A stretch of DNA of 64,000 nt from Camelus dromedarius (Eukaryota): NCBI RefSeq assembly GCF_036321535.1, contig NC_087437.1, forward strand, positions 9,612,001 through 9,676,000. The letters are read 5' to 3'. Below the pieces are notes generated by a model. The model saw nothing but the letters and a program-made list of their open reading frames with translations, searched no databases and was not told the DNA's origin. Each line of letters opens with the position of its first letter. Position 1 is the first letter of the stretch. Positions 37,505 through 52,200 of the stretch are shown here, piece by piece. Both the position numbers and the translations under genes were made by a program.

Positions 37505-37735
37505 TCATTTATTCAACCCTGACTATGGGACCAGGCACTAAACTCATTAAATGTCATTCCTATCAACCCTCACAGCAACTGTATGGAGCAAGGACTATTA
37601 TTTTTATCTATTTTATAGGCTGAAGCTTAGATGCCTTAAGTAACTTTTCCAGGGCTATAACAGATAGTTAGCAAGGATATAATAAGAACTTAGGTCTCTC
37701 TGAGGCTAAAATGCATGTTTCATACCCTACTGCAA
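37505..37735 (-). mobile_element. MIR SINE
   Basis: CCAGGCAC...CCTCACAGCAAC...TTAAGTAACTTTTCCAGGG antisense core. Confidence 0.7.
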
Positions 37736-37784
37736 TCCTTATGTTATTATGAGCATGTTGACCTGTCATTAAATGTTCTTCCCA

Positions 37785-38210
37785 AACATGTTTTCTAATG
37801 ACTGCAAAGTGTCCTAGTGCATCATAATTTATTTATCCTTTTCTGTCCTGTCAAATATTTAGGTTGTTTCTAGTCCCTTAGCTATTGCTATTACTTGCAA
37901 TAAAAATGTCATGTATAAGCCTTTGTATACATAGTTGACTAGTTTCTTAGTATAAATTCCAAAAAATGGAGTTACCAGGCCAAAAAATTTGAACGTTTCT
38001 AAAACCCATCATGCAAATCGCCAAGTCACCCACCAGGAACGTTGCAGTGATTTGTTCACTCTTCCGCAATTTGTGAACATGTTCATTTCCTTCCGTCCTT
38101 GCCAATCCTGAATGTTTACAATAGATCTTTTTCAAAAGTTTCTTATCAATGTGCCAGATTTTTAAAACGTCTCCTATTGATTCAATTTGTATTTTAATTT
38201 CCACTAGGTT
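37785..38210 (-). mobile_element. Ancient L1ME fragment
   Basis: ATTTAGGTTGTTTCTAG...TTAATTTCC antisense ORF2 C-terminal pattern. Confidence 0.55.
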
Positions 38211-39182
38211 GCTTTGGAAGAAAAGTATCACTTATTAAAAAAAAGAAAAAAAAACATGGGACAATGCTTTAACATTCATATCTGTCTCTTATCACTCAGC
38301 CTTCTCCTACATTCAACCTTTGTTTTTTTCTTAACAGAATTTTGTAAAACTCTGAGTCACAATTTAAGTGTTACGATATTTGGGAAGTTTTCCCAACTTG
38401 TCTAAACAAAGTTTGTTTGTGCCATTATGTTATCATTTATCCCACCGTGGTGCTTCTCTCTCGCCTTTTCTAGATTATGAGCTACTGCAGAACACAGGCT
38501 CTGATGATTTGTTGGATCCCTAGGACCCAGCAGAAGACCCAGAAGTCCCATAAATACATTGAATGAACGCTTCCCACAAAAGCATATTGACTCTGGACTT
38601 CAATTTTTCACTGTTTAATTATACTACAGATTTACTCAACATTAATCAATAATGTTCTTGACTAGGTGCTGTGGAATACTTTAAAAACTGAATAAGGACA
38701 TGTAGTGGAATTACCTTGTTCTAAAAGAACTGTACTGTGAGAAAGAAAAAAATCAGCCTTGCTGGTAATCAGAATGTGGTGTTCCTACAAAAAGAAAACC
38801 AATGTTTCCAACGTGACATTGATAAGGCCACATACAAAATGTTTCAGTGTTCTCCCAAGGTCAAATCTCAGCTGCAGAATGACTAACACCACCATTTTTC
38901 AGGTAATTTCCAATTACCCATTGGCTTTTTACCAATGCCTAATGTAGCCCTGTTTCATTCATCTGGTCTCCTCCATGAAGTCACCCAACAGTTAGGTACC
39001 CAACAGCTGAGCTCCCCGTGCCTTGATTGTATCCAATCTGGAGTTGGTTGCTGCATTCCCAGACCCTCATAGGAACCATGCAACAGAATCCCAAACCTAT
39101 GTAAGCCCCTCCACACACCCACTTACTGAGAGTCCCAAGATATATCTCTGGGATGTGGTTTCCCAAGTTTAATAAACCCAAC

Positions 39183-39648
39183 TTTTTTTTTTAATTGAAG
39201 TACAGTCAATTACAATGTGTCAATTTTTGGCGTACAGCACAATGTCTTGGTCATGCATATACATAATTATATATTTATTTTCATATTTTTTTCATTAAAG
39301 ATTTTTACAAGGTATTGAATATAGTTCCCTGTGTTATACAGAATAAATTTGCTTTTTTAATCTATATTTATAGTGGCTAATATTTGTAAGTCTCAAACTC
39401 CCAAATTTATCTCTTCCCATCCCATTTCTCCTGGTAACCATAAGATTGTTCACTATGTCTGCAAGTCTATTTCTCTTTTGTAGATAAGTTTCTTAGTGTC
39501 TTCTTTTTTTGTTTGTTTTTTTAGATTTCACATAAGAGCGAAATCACGTGGTATTTTTCTTTCTCTTTTTGGCTTACTTCACTTAAAATGATGATCTCTA
39601 GGTCCATCCATGTTGCTGCAAATGGCATTATTTTATTCTTTTTTATGG
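39183..39648 (-). mobile_element. L1 3' fragment with TSD
   Basis: Matches 570-1020. Perfect 13 bp TSD TAATAAACCCAAC at 39170-39182 and 39649-39661. Confidence 0.95.
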
Positions 39649-41049
39649 TAATAAACCCAACATTGATTGGATACGAATTCCATGTAACCTCCAGCTGGTG
39701 AGCCTTAGGGTTTTTAGGTCACTACATGCATATAAACCTACATACTGTTTTTACTTCAACAGTATTCACCAACTGATTAGATACTTGATTGATAAATGGA
39801 GATGATTCCCAACTTTTAAGCCCGAAAACCTTGTCAGAATGCTCATGCCCTTATTGTAAATGGGGAATTAGGAGAGCTGGTTTTGAGAGAACAATAGTTC
39901 AGTGTCACACTTATTTTGTTTGATTGCCATTAAGACTTTCTCACTCATCTGTTCAGTGGGAAATGCAGAATTCTACTTCCTGAGGGAGGACTAGATTCAA
40001 GTTAAGGATTTAGAAATCATAATAGTAATGTCTGGTCTTCATCTTGCACTTGCAGGGTACACTTACTCTATGCCAGGGTCCTTGCAAGGCACTGTATATT
40101 ATATATTGCATATATAATATATATATAATATATAATATAATACACACACATATATATATATATATACCCACATGTGTATATAATTTCATTGACTTAAACA
40201 GTCATGTGATACAGCTACTATAATTTTCATTCAATCAGCAAGAACACTCTGTTAGAGACACTGCTTAGCCTCAAGGTCAAAAAGTAAGGGTAGAATCATA
40301 TTTGAATATTAGTCAGGCTGACTTTACAAACTGTGCTTCTGTCTTCCAATAACACAAAAAGAGTTTGAAGACAGGAGGTCCATGGATGTTGATGATGGTT
40401 AAATCATTTCTCCTCATTCTGAAGAACTGGACTCACAAAGTGTTGGAATCAGCTGGCAGCATTACATATTCCCATCTCACACACTGAGATCGTATTAACA
40501 CTTGTCCATGTTAACCTCAGACACGGCAGGAAGAAGGAAAAACAACGTGGTTTTGCCTTTGGTGACCTTTCAGGTGGAAGCAACAGCAGTGAAGATACCA
40601 AGCTCATTTCATAGAACTCGTTTGTCAGTCAGACCGTTAGAAGTTATCTTTTCCATGCGGCATTTTCATGCAATGTCATATTCTTGGCTTTTTATTGATA
40701 AAACAACAACCCTTCCGCAAGGGAGATGCTGCATCTCCCTGAGCTGGACTGATGTGCAGGGCTGCACTGCTACACCGCTAACATAAAACTCAAGATGAGA
40801 ATGTTTGCTAACAGTAGACAGGACATCTGGCAAGACCTTTGAGAAACCTAAACCCAGAGAACCCAGGGAACCCAGGGAACCAATTCTGTATTATTCTTTC
40901 CCCAGGAGCATGCACTGCAAAAGGAAATTTCTGCTCTAATATGCTTGCCTAAATATATGCAGGAACTCTTCAGAATGTGTGTGTGAGTGCCTGCAATAGA
41001 CTCCTTTGGCAGTCTACTTAAGCCTGCGTACCCCTAATAATGATGGTTC

Positions 41050-41531
41050 CAAATACCTTAAAATAAAATATTAAAATACAAATAGTTACAAAGGAAACCA
41101 ATTACATCAAAATACCATTATCAAGATATTTTTAAAATATGACATGGTCATACATATCCTTATTTATTAACACATTAAATAAAAGATTTCGTGGCAGGTC
41201 TAATAACAATCATTATTTCAAGGTGGAGATAAGTATAAACAATAAATCAATATTTCTGCACCAACAATAAATTTCTATTATGTCTATTGGTGACAAAGCC
41301 ACAGGAATTGTCAATAATACCATGGTTTGTCATCAACACTCATAATTGAAAAAAAATGCTATACTTCCCTTAGAGGCATTAAAAATAAAGATGTGATATT
41401 TCAAAAAATTTCTTATTACACATACCCCACTCCATCACCCCCACACCAAACAACAGCAACAATATCAACAAAAAAAAAAAAAAAAAAAAGAGAACAGAAT
41501 TTATCCACAGACACCAAGTTAAGAACTCCTC
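41050..41531. mobile_element. hAT-Charlie fragment (Charlie7/MER119-like)
   Basis: TATTGGTGACAAAG...AAAAATAAAGATGTGAT...TATCCACAGAC...GTTAAGAACTCCT terminus. Confidence 0.6.
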
Positions 41532-41675
41532 TTAATATGTTTCTAATTTGAAATACAATTTCCCCTTTTCCTTAAAAGATAAAGCAAATTAAATTACCCT
41601 ACTGGGATTTCAAGTAAACAAACTTTGATCACTTAAAGAAGAGAAGAGCTGAGAGAAATGAAGAGATGCAAACAC

Positions 41676-41857
41676 ATCATCACAAGGAAAAAAACAAACA
41701 TTTTCCCTTTTTTTGGTATCTATATAAGCTGGTGGATGTTCACTAAACTCACTGTGGTGATCATTTCACAATATATATGCCAAGCCACTATGCTGTACGC
41801 CTTAACCTTCCTTACACGGCGCTGTATGTCAATTATATCTCAGTAAAACTGGAAGTA
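41676..41857 (+). mobile_element. Older laurasiatherian L1 3' tail
   Basis: TGTGGTGATCATTTCACAATATAT...TGTATGTCAATTATATCTCAGTAAAACTGG. Flanked by ATGCAAACAC / ATGCAGACAC candidate TSD. Confidence 0.75.
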
Positions 41858-43779
41858 AAAATGCAGACACACGAAGCATGCTGTACATGTGGGAACTAAT
41901 TTAAAGTCAAGTTTGGAAGTGGAATAGTTAAGAAACCTCGTAGTTCAGGCGTTCTTAACTGATCTTTAGGGTCTAGCAGCCGTCCAAAGAAAATACTATA
42001 ATTTTGTTGTGATGTTTTAGATTTTACAACATGTTGCCAAAAACATATGATCTTTTATTATTTTCCTTTTGCCAGTCAGAGTCATATTCACTCTTCTTTT
42101 CATACTATTTCTTCTGCAGGGATAGTTATTAATATATTATATATTATATATTATTATATATTACACATGTGTGTATTAATAAGCTAAAAATACACATGGG
42201 AAGTAAATGTGTGTTAGTGAGGGTTCACTCAAGCTAAGTGCTTATGCTTTGAAAATGATGAATTATTCGCATAAAATGTGAGTTTCAGCAATTGCAATTC
42301 AACATTCAACATTCTCCCCCTCCAACTCCCCCAACTCCCACAACCCACTTAAGGAATGGTCGTCCAAAAGCCCCTCTGAAAATCTAACATAAGGAGGAAA
42401 GGAGCCACCGGATAATTTTTAGAATGCTAAGTGTGAAATATCAAAGTGCTACTATTTTACTGAAAATGCCCATGCCTTTTTTTCCAGCAGACATTTGTAG
42501 AAATGAGCTTTAGAGTATTTAGAAACAGAAACAGAAATGTACAAAAAGCCATTATTACGAGATCTGTCTCTACCTCTAATAACTGACTATTCACAGGTAT
42601 TTAAAGTTCTCAAAGATTTTTCTCCCCTTCTTGAGATTTGACTATAAACGTAGAGGAAAAGGATAGCTTTTCCATGTATTCAGTGGAGTCCAAGAGACAC
42701 ACCTTCTGGTTCTAATTCCTCAAGATTGTCTGGGCTTGAATCATTCTTCAGTCTTTAGATACATTTAAAAAAAAAAAACCAGAGGCAAAATGAACACATT
42801 TTAGATAAATTTATGTTTGGCTTAACTTTTTTGAGAAAAGGAGAGAAAGGAGCTTAACTAAATAGTGCTTCTGAGAAAAGACAAAATAGCATCCATATTG
42901 ATAATCCATTTCAAAAAAGTCAATTGCAAATGGTTTGAGCGTTTTGTAGTCGCAAGATAATCAGGTCATGTTTCTGTATTTTTTTTACTTAATGAAATAC
43001 TTGTGACACACTATTTCAAATTTTTAACTCTAGGAAGATACAGGTGTTTTCAGAGATGATTTTTCAGATGATCTTTCCTGATTATATAAAAAATGACCAG
43101 ATAATTATCTCTTTTTGGTTATAGAACAAATGATGACTATGGACAGACGTGAGAGAAAGGACATTGAATCCCAGATTGAAAAAGAGAAATAAAATATCAG
43201 TAAGATCAAAAAGATAATTATAGAAGGAAAAGAGAAGTGGGTTGGAAGGGAAAGAAGATTAAAGAGACATCAAGAAAGAATGCCTTTTATTTTCGGCAGT
43301 AGAACAAACTGGATTTGCTGAAAAACTTCTCTTTTGCAAAAACATAAAAATTTGTATCAAATACAATAAATGTCCTTTGAAGTACATAAATTTAAGTTAA
43401 TAATATGAAAAACAACAAGAAAACTCAAGGGGAAAAACTAAGTAAACACTGAGGATGGGGTTTTAAGAGTTCATCAAGGAAGACATGAAGACCTTGGGCT
43501 TAGGTGAAGCGGGGAGCTGTTTATGTGTCAATTAGACAAAGAGTTAGGCTCAATTTTAGTTCTTTTTTTTTTATCCTCATTTAGTAACAATGTTTCTGAG
43601 AAGGTAAATTGCTTAAGAAAAACACTGTATCGGAAGTATCCCCACAGTAGTCCCCCTCCCATCCATACACCCCTTCTCTCCTGTTTTCACCCCCTCCTAG
43701 TAATAAGCACCATCCTTACTTTTCCTTTCATCTTCCCCATGGTTCTTTAAGCAAAGCTAGCAACATTTTACTGCATCTT

Positions 43780-44795
43780 GATTTTTTTTCTACCAATCAG
43801 TTTATTCCGGAACTCATGCCATAAAAGCTCCTAGACACCTACTTCGTTTTTTTAACATCTGAATCATAACAGTCTTTTGGGAAGGTCTCCCATTGTTGAT
43901 TAAAATCGGGCTTTTATGGATATTTATTTAGGTTGTTTACAAAATTTTGCTGTTACAAATAACACAGCATGCATCGCCTTGTGTGTACGTTGTTTGGTAT
44001 GGGTGGAAGTTTATCCTCAGTGTGTACAGCTATAAATGACATCCATCCAATGGGAAACGCTTGTGCACTATTGATGAATATCACAAATCCTTCCCCAGAG
44101 TGCTTCTGTGTGCCCATCAGCAATGTGTGAGTAAAAATTCTTCACAGTGTCATCAGTGGAGTGTACTTCCCAGGTTTTGAAGTCTTGCCAGTCTGATAGG
44201 TGAGAAATAATAGTTCAGTGTTGTGTTAGTTTACATTTTAAATTCATAAGCAAAATGTAGTAATCATCATTTGGGTAAGGGCCATTGATATATGTTTAAT
44301 TTGAATTGCCCAGGTATCTTGTCTACTTTCCTATTGCGTTTTCAGTAATTTTTCTTGTTTTTTAGGAATTTATATTTTTGGGATATTTATCCTTTACCTG
44401 ATAAATATATCATATACACACACACACACATATATAATGCAATGTGTATATATTATAGATATAATATTTTCTCTTAATTTGTCATGTATAATATTTTTGG
44501 TTTATAGAGTCTTTTTTGTTGTTGTTGTTCATACAAAAGTTTCTTTTTATAACTTTATGGGGTCAAATTTGTCAGTCTTTTCTTTATCACATTTGAATTT
44601 TGCATCTTGTCTAGGCTTTCTTAGATCCAAATTATAAAGAAACTGAGCCATCTTTTCTTCTAGTCTATGTATAGTTTATCTCCTTACATTTGGATCTTTG
44701 ATGACTTTGGAGTTCATTCTGGTATTTGGTGAGAAGTAGGTTTCAGTTTTGTTTTTCACAAAATGAGTATTTAGTTGGTCTACCATTTATTTTCT
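43780..44795 (-). mobile_element. Ancient L1ME fragment
   Basis: ATTTAGGTTGTTT...GCTGTTACAAATAA, CCCATCAGCAATGTGTGAG, GCCAGTCTGATAGGTGAGAAAT antisense ORF2 3' pattern. Confidence 0.7.
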
Positions 44796-45341
44796 TAAAT
44801 AACTACTTTTATTTAGATGGGCATTGGAACAGAGACTCCTCATAAAATTCAGATCTTCTGAATGTTATGCTTTCAAAATAAGGTAGACTGGAAAAATATC
44901 CCCTTGGAAGCAAAAAGAGATGGCAAGGAAACTTGATTTTATCAGTCTGGGTTTTGGAGAACATAAGGCAGAGCTCAATAGATGTAATCACTTTCATATA
45001 GACTTTATTTTCCTAACCACAATGCAAGCTGGAAAGCAAGAACAAAACACAACAAAAAAAAAAATGCAACAAAAACAACTAAAAGGTGTGTGGAAGTTTT
45101 TACACTTGTTACTTCAAGTAATAAGAATTAAAATCAGGAAATGCTTAAAATCAAGTAACTATAAAACTATTGCAAATCAAGACAGGTAGTGATTAATGAA
45201 ATCAGTGTGCATGATTAAAAATTGTAACTTTAAATTCTATTAGAAAAAAAAGGAAGTCTGAAAATTAAGAGGAGTGCCTAACACAGGAGGAAAGAATTAA
45301 AACCACAGAATAAATTTTTAAAAGTTGGAAGAAAGGAAATA

Positions 45342-46820
45342 CAAAACAGCATAGCATAGTTACAAAAATAGACATATGGATCAATGGAACAGAATAGAGA
45401 GCCCAGAAATAAACCCACACACCATGGTCAATTAATCTTTGACAAAGGAGGCAAGAATATATGATGGAGAAAAGACAGTCTCTTCAGCAAATGGTGTTGG
45501 GAAAGTTGGACAGCTATATATAAATCAATTAAGTTAGAACAGTCCCTTACACCATACACAAAAATAAAGTCAAAATGGCTTAACGACTTAAACATAAGAC
45601 AGGACACTATAAACCTCCTAGAACAAAACATAGGCAAAACATTCTCTGACATCAACTTTAGCAATGTTCTCCTAGGGCAGTCTACACAGGCGATAGAAAT
45701 AAAAGCAAAAATAAACAAATGGGACCTAATTAAAATTATAAGCTTTTGCACAGCAAACTATAAACAAAACAAAAAGACAACTTACAGAGTGGAAGGAAAT
45801 ATTTGCAAATGATGTGACTGACAAGGGCTTAATTTCCATCATATACAAACAGCTTATACAGCTCAATAACAAAAAAACAAACAACCCAATCCAAAAAAGT
45901 GCAGAAGACCTAAACAAATATTTCTCCAGTGAAGACATACAAATGGCGAGTAAGCACCTGAAAAAATGCTCAATATCACTAATTATCAGAGAAATACAAA
46001 TCAAAACTACAATGAGGTATCACCTCACACCAGTCAGAATGGCCATCATTAAAAAGTCCGTAAGTGATAAATTCTGGAGAGACTATGGAGAAAGGGAACC
46101 CTCCTACACTGCTGGGAATGTAGTTTGGTCCAGCCATTATGGAAAACAGTATAGAGATTTCTTAAAAAACTGAAAATAAACTTGCTGTATGATCCAGGAA
46201 TCCCACTCCTGGGCATATATCCAGACAAAACTCTAATTCAAAAAGATACATGCACCCCAATGTTCATAGCAGCACTATTTACAATAGCCAAGACATGGAA
46301 GCAACCTAAATGTCCATCTACAGATGACTGGGTAGAGAAGTTGTGATATGTATATACAATGAAATACCATTCACTCATAAAATAATGCCATTTGCAGCTA
46401 CATGGATAGACCTGGAGATTGTCATACTAAGTGAAGTAAGCGAGAAAGAGAAAGAAAAATACCATATAATATCACTTAAATGTGGAATCTAAAAAAAAGT
46501 GGCACAAAAGAGCTTATTTACAAAACAGAAACAGATTCACAGACATAGAAAATAAACTTATGGTTACCAGGGGAAAAGAGGGGAGGGGGTTGAGGGATAA
46601 ATTGGAGTTAAGGATTTGCAGACACTAACTACCATATACAAAATAGATAAACAGCAAGGTCTTACTGTATAGAACTGGGAACTATATTCAATATCTTTTG
46701 ATAGCCTGTAGTGAAGAAGAACATGAAAAGGAATATATATATACATATACACACATCTGAATTACTGTGCTGTGCACCAGAGATTGGCATAATATTGTAA
46801 ACTAACTGTACGACAATAAA
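45342..46820 (+). mobile_element. 5'-truncated LINE-1 (ORF2 C-terminal part plus 3'UTR)
   Basis: ORF 45814-46173 ([16 protein letters not shown]) and reverse-complement similarity to 570-2060; ends at AATAAA. Confidence 0.96.
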
Positions 46821-46833
46821 CTCACTCTCTCTC

Positions 46834-46836
<3 letters not shown>

Positions 46837-46874
<38 letters not shown>
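46837..46874. repeat. (AC)19 microsatellite in the L1 tail
   Basis: Directly visible. Confidence 0.97.
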
Positions 46875-46877
<3 letters not shown>

Positions 46878-46969
46878 AAAAAAGCAATTATAGAAAAAAG
46901 AAACAGTAATTACAGAAATCAAAACATTGCAAAGTTGTACAAATGTTAATTACTAGGAAAGATATGGAT

Positions 46970-47530
46970 TGAATTCTCAGACACTGAGGTGGGCAACTTG
47001 GTCATACTACTTTGGAGAACACTTTGTATATCTAATTTACTTAAAAACCCAGTATACCCTAAGCCATGCAATCCCCAGAAATCTTACTCTTAGGTGTACA
47101 GTGTGTAAAAATATATGCGAGAATGCTGATCCTGTAATGTTCAGAATAGAAAAACTTGTACCAACCAGAGAATGAGCAAATAAATTGTAACATATCTAAA
47201 CTCCAGAGAATTATGCAATAGAAATGAATCTCAAAAATTTTTCAATGAGGAATTTAAGTTGTAGAAGGTTATGTCAAATAGACGATTTTTATAAAGTTTA
47301 AATATAAAATTAAATACTGAAATATGGACTTTTAAAATGCCAGTATCTGGTTAGCAGCTACTTCCGGTTGAGGAAGAGTCAGGGAATTTTTAGGTGGTAC
47401 TCAGGGGTCATCAGCTGCATTGTCCTGTTTTATTTCTTAAGTTGGGTTATGGATATACAGATTTTGATTATACTGAACCTATAATTTTATAAGTAATGTC
47501 ATATCAAAATATTACAACACAAAATATAAA
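46970..47530 (+). mobile_element. Ancient L1ME 3' fragment
   Basis: TACTTTGGAGAAC...GCAATCCC...ATGAATCTCAAAAA...TTTATTTCTTAAGTTGGGT pattern. Confidence 0.55.
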
Positions 47531-49719
47531 AGAAATGATAAAGGGACAGGATGCAAGTAGAAATAATGGTAGGAACAGAAACAGTAGCATGGAGATAAAG
47601 GGCATTAAGGAACAGGAGGCAGATGGATGAACATACTGCCGTCTGACCTGGTGTCAAAGTCCTACAATTAGACTAATCACCGACCTGACTGTGTTTGCCG
47701 TTAGTTGCCTATTGCACAGAAAACAACCAAACAAATGAAACCCTTAAAAAAAACAACAAACAAAAATCCTCTAAGAGATTTCAAGAAGTTTGCAATGAAT
47801 AAAATAAATAGAAAATGTATTTCTTTTATTTATTTTAAAAAGCAGCATATATGAAAAAAGAGGGTGCACGTGGAAGGCAGCATAACACGAGGTGGAAAAA
47901 AGATCAGGAGACATTTAGCCATTGTTGCCGTAAATACACAATCAGCCTATGTCACAGGACTCAGAATATTTAGAAGACCAACTCTGGGGCAGAGCAAAAC
48001 TAAGAAGAGTTCTATACACATAATTTGCCAATGCAATTCTCTCTGCCTCGGCAAGGAGATGAATACTAGCTCCAGGAACAATTATTTACTCCTATACCAG
48101 TTCACTTCAAAACCAGTCCTTGAGTTTGCTGAGGGGGTAAAATACAGACATCCATTGAGTTTGCTCTGTTTGGTCTCAGACCTGCATCCTAGCCAGTCGG
48201 GAGACTGGGAATCCAATATGATGTGGTTGGGATAACTACATTTCAAACCTCAAAATCTGCACTCTGAGACTCTCTGGTGGCCTCTAGAGAGACACCAGGC
48301 TCCCAGGGACTCAATACCACAAAAATATTTTGGGGCCAAACTGGATTCTACAAATGCACCTCACCCCACGGGCAGAAGAAAACCAGCTGGACTTTGTTCC
48401 AGGTGTATCATTATGTCTTCCTAAGAATTCAACAATTTCTGTGCTTCTGTAGAAATAATTATTTTGACAAATGTTGTTTATATTTTTTACAGGGAAATTA
48501 ATGTAAGGAGAGCTTTTTAAATAAATCTTGTCTGATTTTTTTTTCTTTCCTTCCTTCCTCCTGCCCCCCCACCCCCAATGACAATATTATCTATTTAGAA
48601 CTAAATGTACATGACAGAATCCTGGACCGAATATTTCATCAGATCATAACTGAAAAGTTTCATTACTAATATAACTCATTGAGGACATGATACATGGCTT
48701 TCTACAAGTTTTGTTAATGAATTCTCCCTGAACTGTTCCCAGAAGCATAATAAATAATTACGGAGAGCTATCTGATTTATTTTTGCATACAACTACAGTA
48801 ATTTATGAGTAAATTCCACTGTATATTGTTTCTAAATAAGTTTATGCAAGCAAAAACGTCCCAAATAAGAAACTTTTAAAGGGAAATAAACACTAAATGT
48901 GGCTAGATTGCTATTTTAAAACATTTAAAATATTGTAGAACTGTATTCTTATCCTTAGAAAAAACACTCAAGTCTGTACTTCATCAGAGTTTTATTGCCT
49001 ATTTCCAACTGTATCTATCATTAAAATAGAAGCAAACTGCCCCGGAATGGACCCAAAACTGGGTCATTACCCATTGGACTTCATTTCTTCACGCTGATGG
49101 GCTTGGAAGTCGGATGAAGACAAGAAGAGGACAACTCTTACTATCATGGAATTTAATGGACATATAGAGAAGAGAAACACAAAATTACACAGTTTGATGT
49201 TTCTTAGGAACTTTTAAATTTTGATGCATAAAGTAAAGTCTTGGATGATTAGAAGACGTTTTTGGAATCTAAATGACAGTAAATTAAGAATGCACTTGAT
49301 ATTGGTATTGGGGCCTCCCCAAAATAACTGAAAAAAGTGAATTTTCCCAGTAGAACTTTGAGATAGCAGGGTAGCAGGGTTGGAAGCAAAATCAGCCCAT
49401 AGGTTGACAGGTGGGAAACAATGAAAGGAGCTGATTGGCTGAGAAATTCCAGCCAGGCAAACGCTTTAAGTACATCTTGCTAAATCCAGTGGGATGTCCC
49501 CTAGGAGACACAAAGTGGATGACAGGCCTGAGGGATGAAGGTGGTCCTGACCCCAAGGAGCATGTGGACACCAGGTTGGCAGAGAAGACCCCATCTTAGA
49601 TCATAAGTGCTCCACAGTCACAGAAAAATAAGCCACCTGGACCCAGGTTCCCAGCAGCGTCCTCTAATTAACCACACGGATCTTCAAGAGGATTGCGTTA
49701 AGACCTTCCATCAATAGCT

Positions 49720-50850
49720 TTGGTCAATCAAGACCCTGATTTTCACATATCAACAAACTGCCCAAATCATCAAATGCTTGAGGAAAATCATTGGCAGAAA
49801 AGACCACCAAAACAAGGATTAACCCTGAGAGACAGGGCTAAATCAGAAATGAGAAGAAATCTTTGAGAAAAATAAATGTATAATCTGTATCTTCAAAGGG
49901 TTTCAAGATGCTATCACATAACTAAAATAGAAGGTCCTGTTACTTAAAACACAAAACCAAAAAAACCCAAAAAACAATTTACCTTTCTTAGAAATTAAAA
50001 GCATGGCTGCTGAAATTTAAAAAGGTGAGGGGGAGAAAGAGAAGAAAACTCAACAGAATTATAGAATTACTAATGGCCAAAGATTAAATCAGTGTATTAG
50101 AAGTTTAAAGCAAGGAAAAGAGTTCTTCCAGAACACAGAAGTATCAATACATCCTCACGCCCCACACTCCTGGACAGTGAAATAGCCAAGGATAAAATCA
50201 ACAACCCTACAAGCTGCCAGAGAGAAGAAAGATGATACCTATGAAGAAATACGAACCAAACTCATTTGGTGCAGGAAATGTTAATAAAACAAAAATAAAA
50301 ATACAAGTTACCAGAATAGCGATATGTAAAACTTGCTAAGACGAGGTTTTGAACCTGCAATGTACACCCACCTTCTAGAATATTCAAAACAGAGACATTT
50401 CTATGCATGTAATTACTCAGAAAAATTACCATCCATGGAACTTCAGAAAAGAAATACGTGTATGCAAACAGAAAAATGAATCGAAGTGAGAAACAAAGAC
50501 ATGATGTACAGGAAATAATAATGAGCAAACAAAACTGCAAAGAACAGTGATTAACTTAATATATTTGTTAATAATGGAATTTCTATGTAAATATACACAA
50601 AACAGAAATGCAGAATGCAATAAAAATAGAAATTAAAACATGTTTGTCGAAAGTATCTCTTTGGAAATAGACTTTACACAAATTAAAAAAAAAAACCCTA
50701 AAAGTAAACTACAAAATAATCTGAAAATGGTTTACAGTTTTAAGTGGCTCTTACAGAGGTTTGAAAGTGAATTAGGGGCAGAAGGAGAGAGAATTCTCAT
50801 CTTTATGTATGTCTTTATTGTTTGAATTATTTATAATGATCCTATAACAT
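49720..50850 (+). mobile_element. HAL1/L1 ORF1-like remnant
   Basis: A-rich ORF1-like decay (TTAGAAATTAAAAGCATG, CTACAAGCTGCCAGAGAGAAG, TTTTGAACCTGCAATGTACACCCA). Confidence 0.5.
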
Positions 50851-51991
50851 TCTTTTTTTAAAACATCAAGCATAGCCGTGGCCATAGGATGGGTCTATTT
50901 GCTGTTTGCCTAAGAAAATAATTTATAGAAAAAGATGCTAAAGAATTAATCTCCTGCCAATTACAGGATTCAATTCAAAGCAAATAGGTTTTAGTGTCAA
51001 GCATTATACAAAATGCCAGTGAATCCATTTTATAGCTTCACGTTATGAATTTATTATACCATGAATTAGCATATAAATATTGGTAACAGCTAGACTGCAA
51101 ACCCATCCATTGCACTGTGATTTTTCCTTCCCTATGCTCCAGAAGGCATCTCAGAAAGATACAGACCCTTTTGTATCATTAAGGCCAAAAGCAACTTGAA
51201 AGAACTTATCTAGGTTTGTGACAATTTCCACCTGATTATCTCCTTTCTCTCCCTGTAGCAGTAATGCTGAAGACCTTTGTCTCCACCTCCTTAGGTAGCC
51301 CCACTGCTTCCTGAAATTCATTTCCAGTAGCTGAGTTTACCCACTTGGTTTTTGGTGGCCCTCATCACCATCCTGTCCATTCATCCAGTCAAGCATCCTT
51401 GTACTTACATCTCTCAGCCTGGAAATCTGAGCTGTGAACACTTGACCGGGAGTGAACACATACATCAACACTTCTAGTTTGTTTCCAGCGACACGTGCTT
51501 TATGGCAGAGACCATCTGGCTCCTGCCTCTTGATCTTTCTCATGTTTTCACTGTCCCTGTATGTTCTTTCAGCGTTACCTCTGGAAACGGATCTCCATTT
51601 CCTGGCTTCCCTTCAAAGGTGGGCTTGAATTCACTCTTGTGATTTGATGTTGGAACCACCTTGCCAGGGTTTTAGGAAACGTCCCAAACCTGTATTTTTC
51701 TGGCTGGCACTTTGATGGATGTGTCCATATTCCTATCAAAAAGGGGTCTTTCCCACTGACTCAGGAAACAACGGACATTCTAGTAGAGCATAGCATTGTC
51801 ACCCTTGTGGGAGCAAATCAAAAAGATAAGGGAGTGTTTCTCAGATTGTTAAGAAGGACTTTGTAAAGGTCATGGATGGATCAACATAGTTTTGGAGATA
51901 AACATTTCTGTTTTCAGCACGTGCTACTCCTTATGAAACCTCATAGATTTACCACCTACTTTATAAAGTAGATCTTTTATTTCATTTAGAC

Positions 51992-52200
51992 CAGTGTTTT
52001 CCAACCCATATCAATTTCCCCCTAGGGAACATGGCAATGTCTGGAGCTACTTAGGGTTGCCGTAACTGGGAGATGCCACTGGCATTTAGTGCGTAGAGGT
52101 CAAGGATGCCTGTAAACATTCTACAATGCAGAGGGCTGCCCTCCACAAGAAAGAATTTTCTAGTCCAAAATGTCAGTAGTGCTGAGGTTAAGAAGTCTTG
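51992..52200 (+). mobile_element. MER20 hAT-Charlie MITE
   Basis: CAGTG...GGCAATGTCTGGAG...ACTGGCATTTAGTG.GTAGAGG...CCAAAATGTCAGTAGTGCTGAGGTT. 8 bp TSD ATTTAGAC / GTCTAGAC. Confidence 0.92.

Noticed and set aside
40851..40881. 9 bp tandem repeat AACCCAG(A/G)G, 3 copies
   Set aside because: Ordinary slippage repeat with no further structure.
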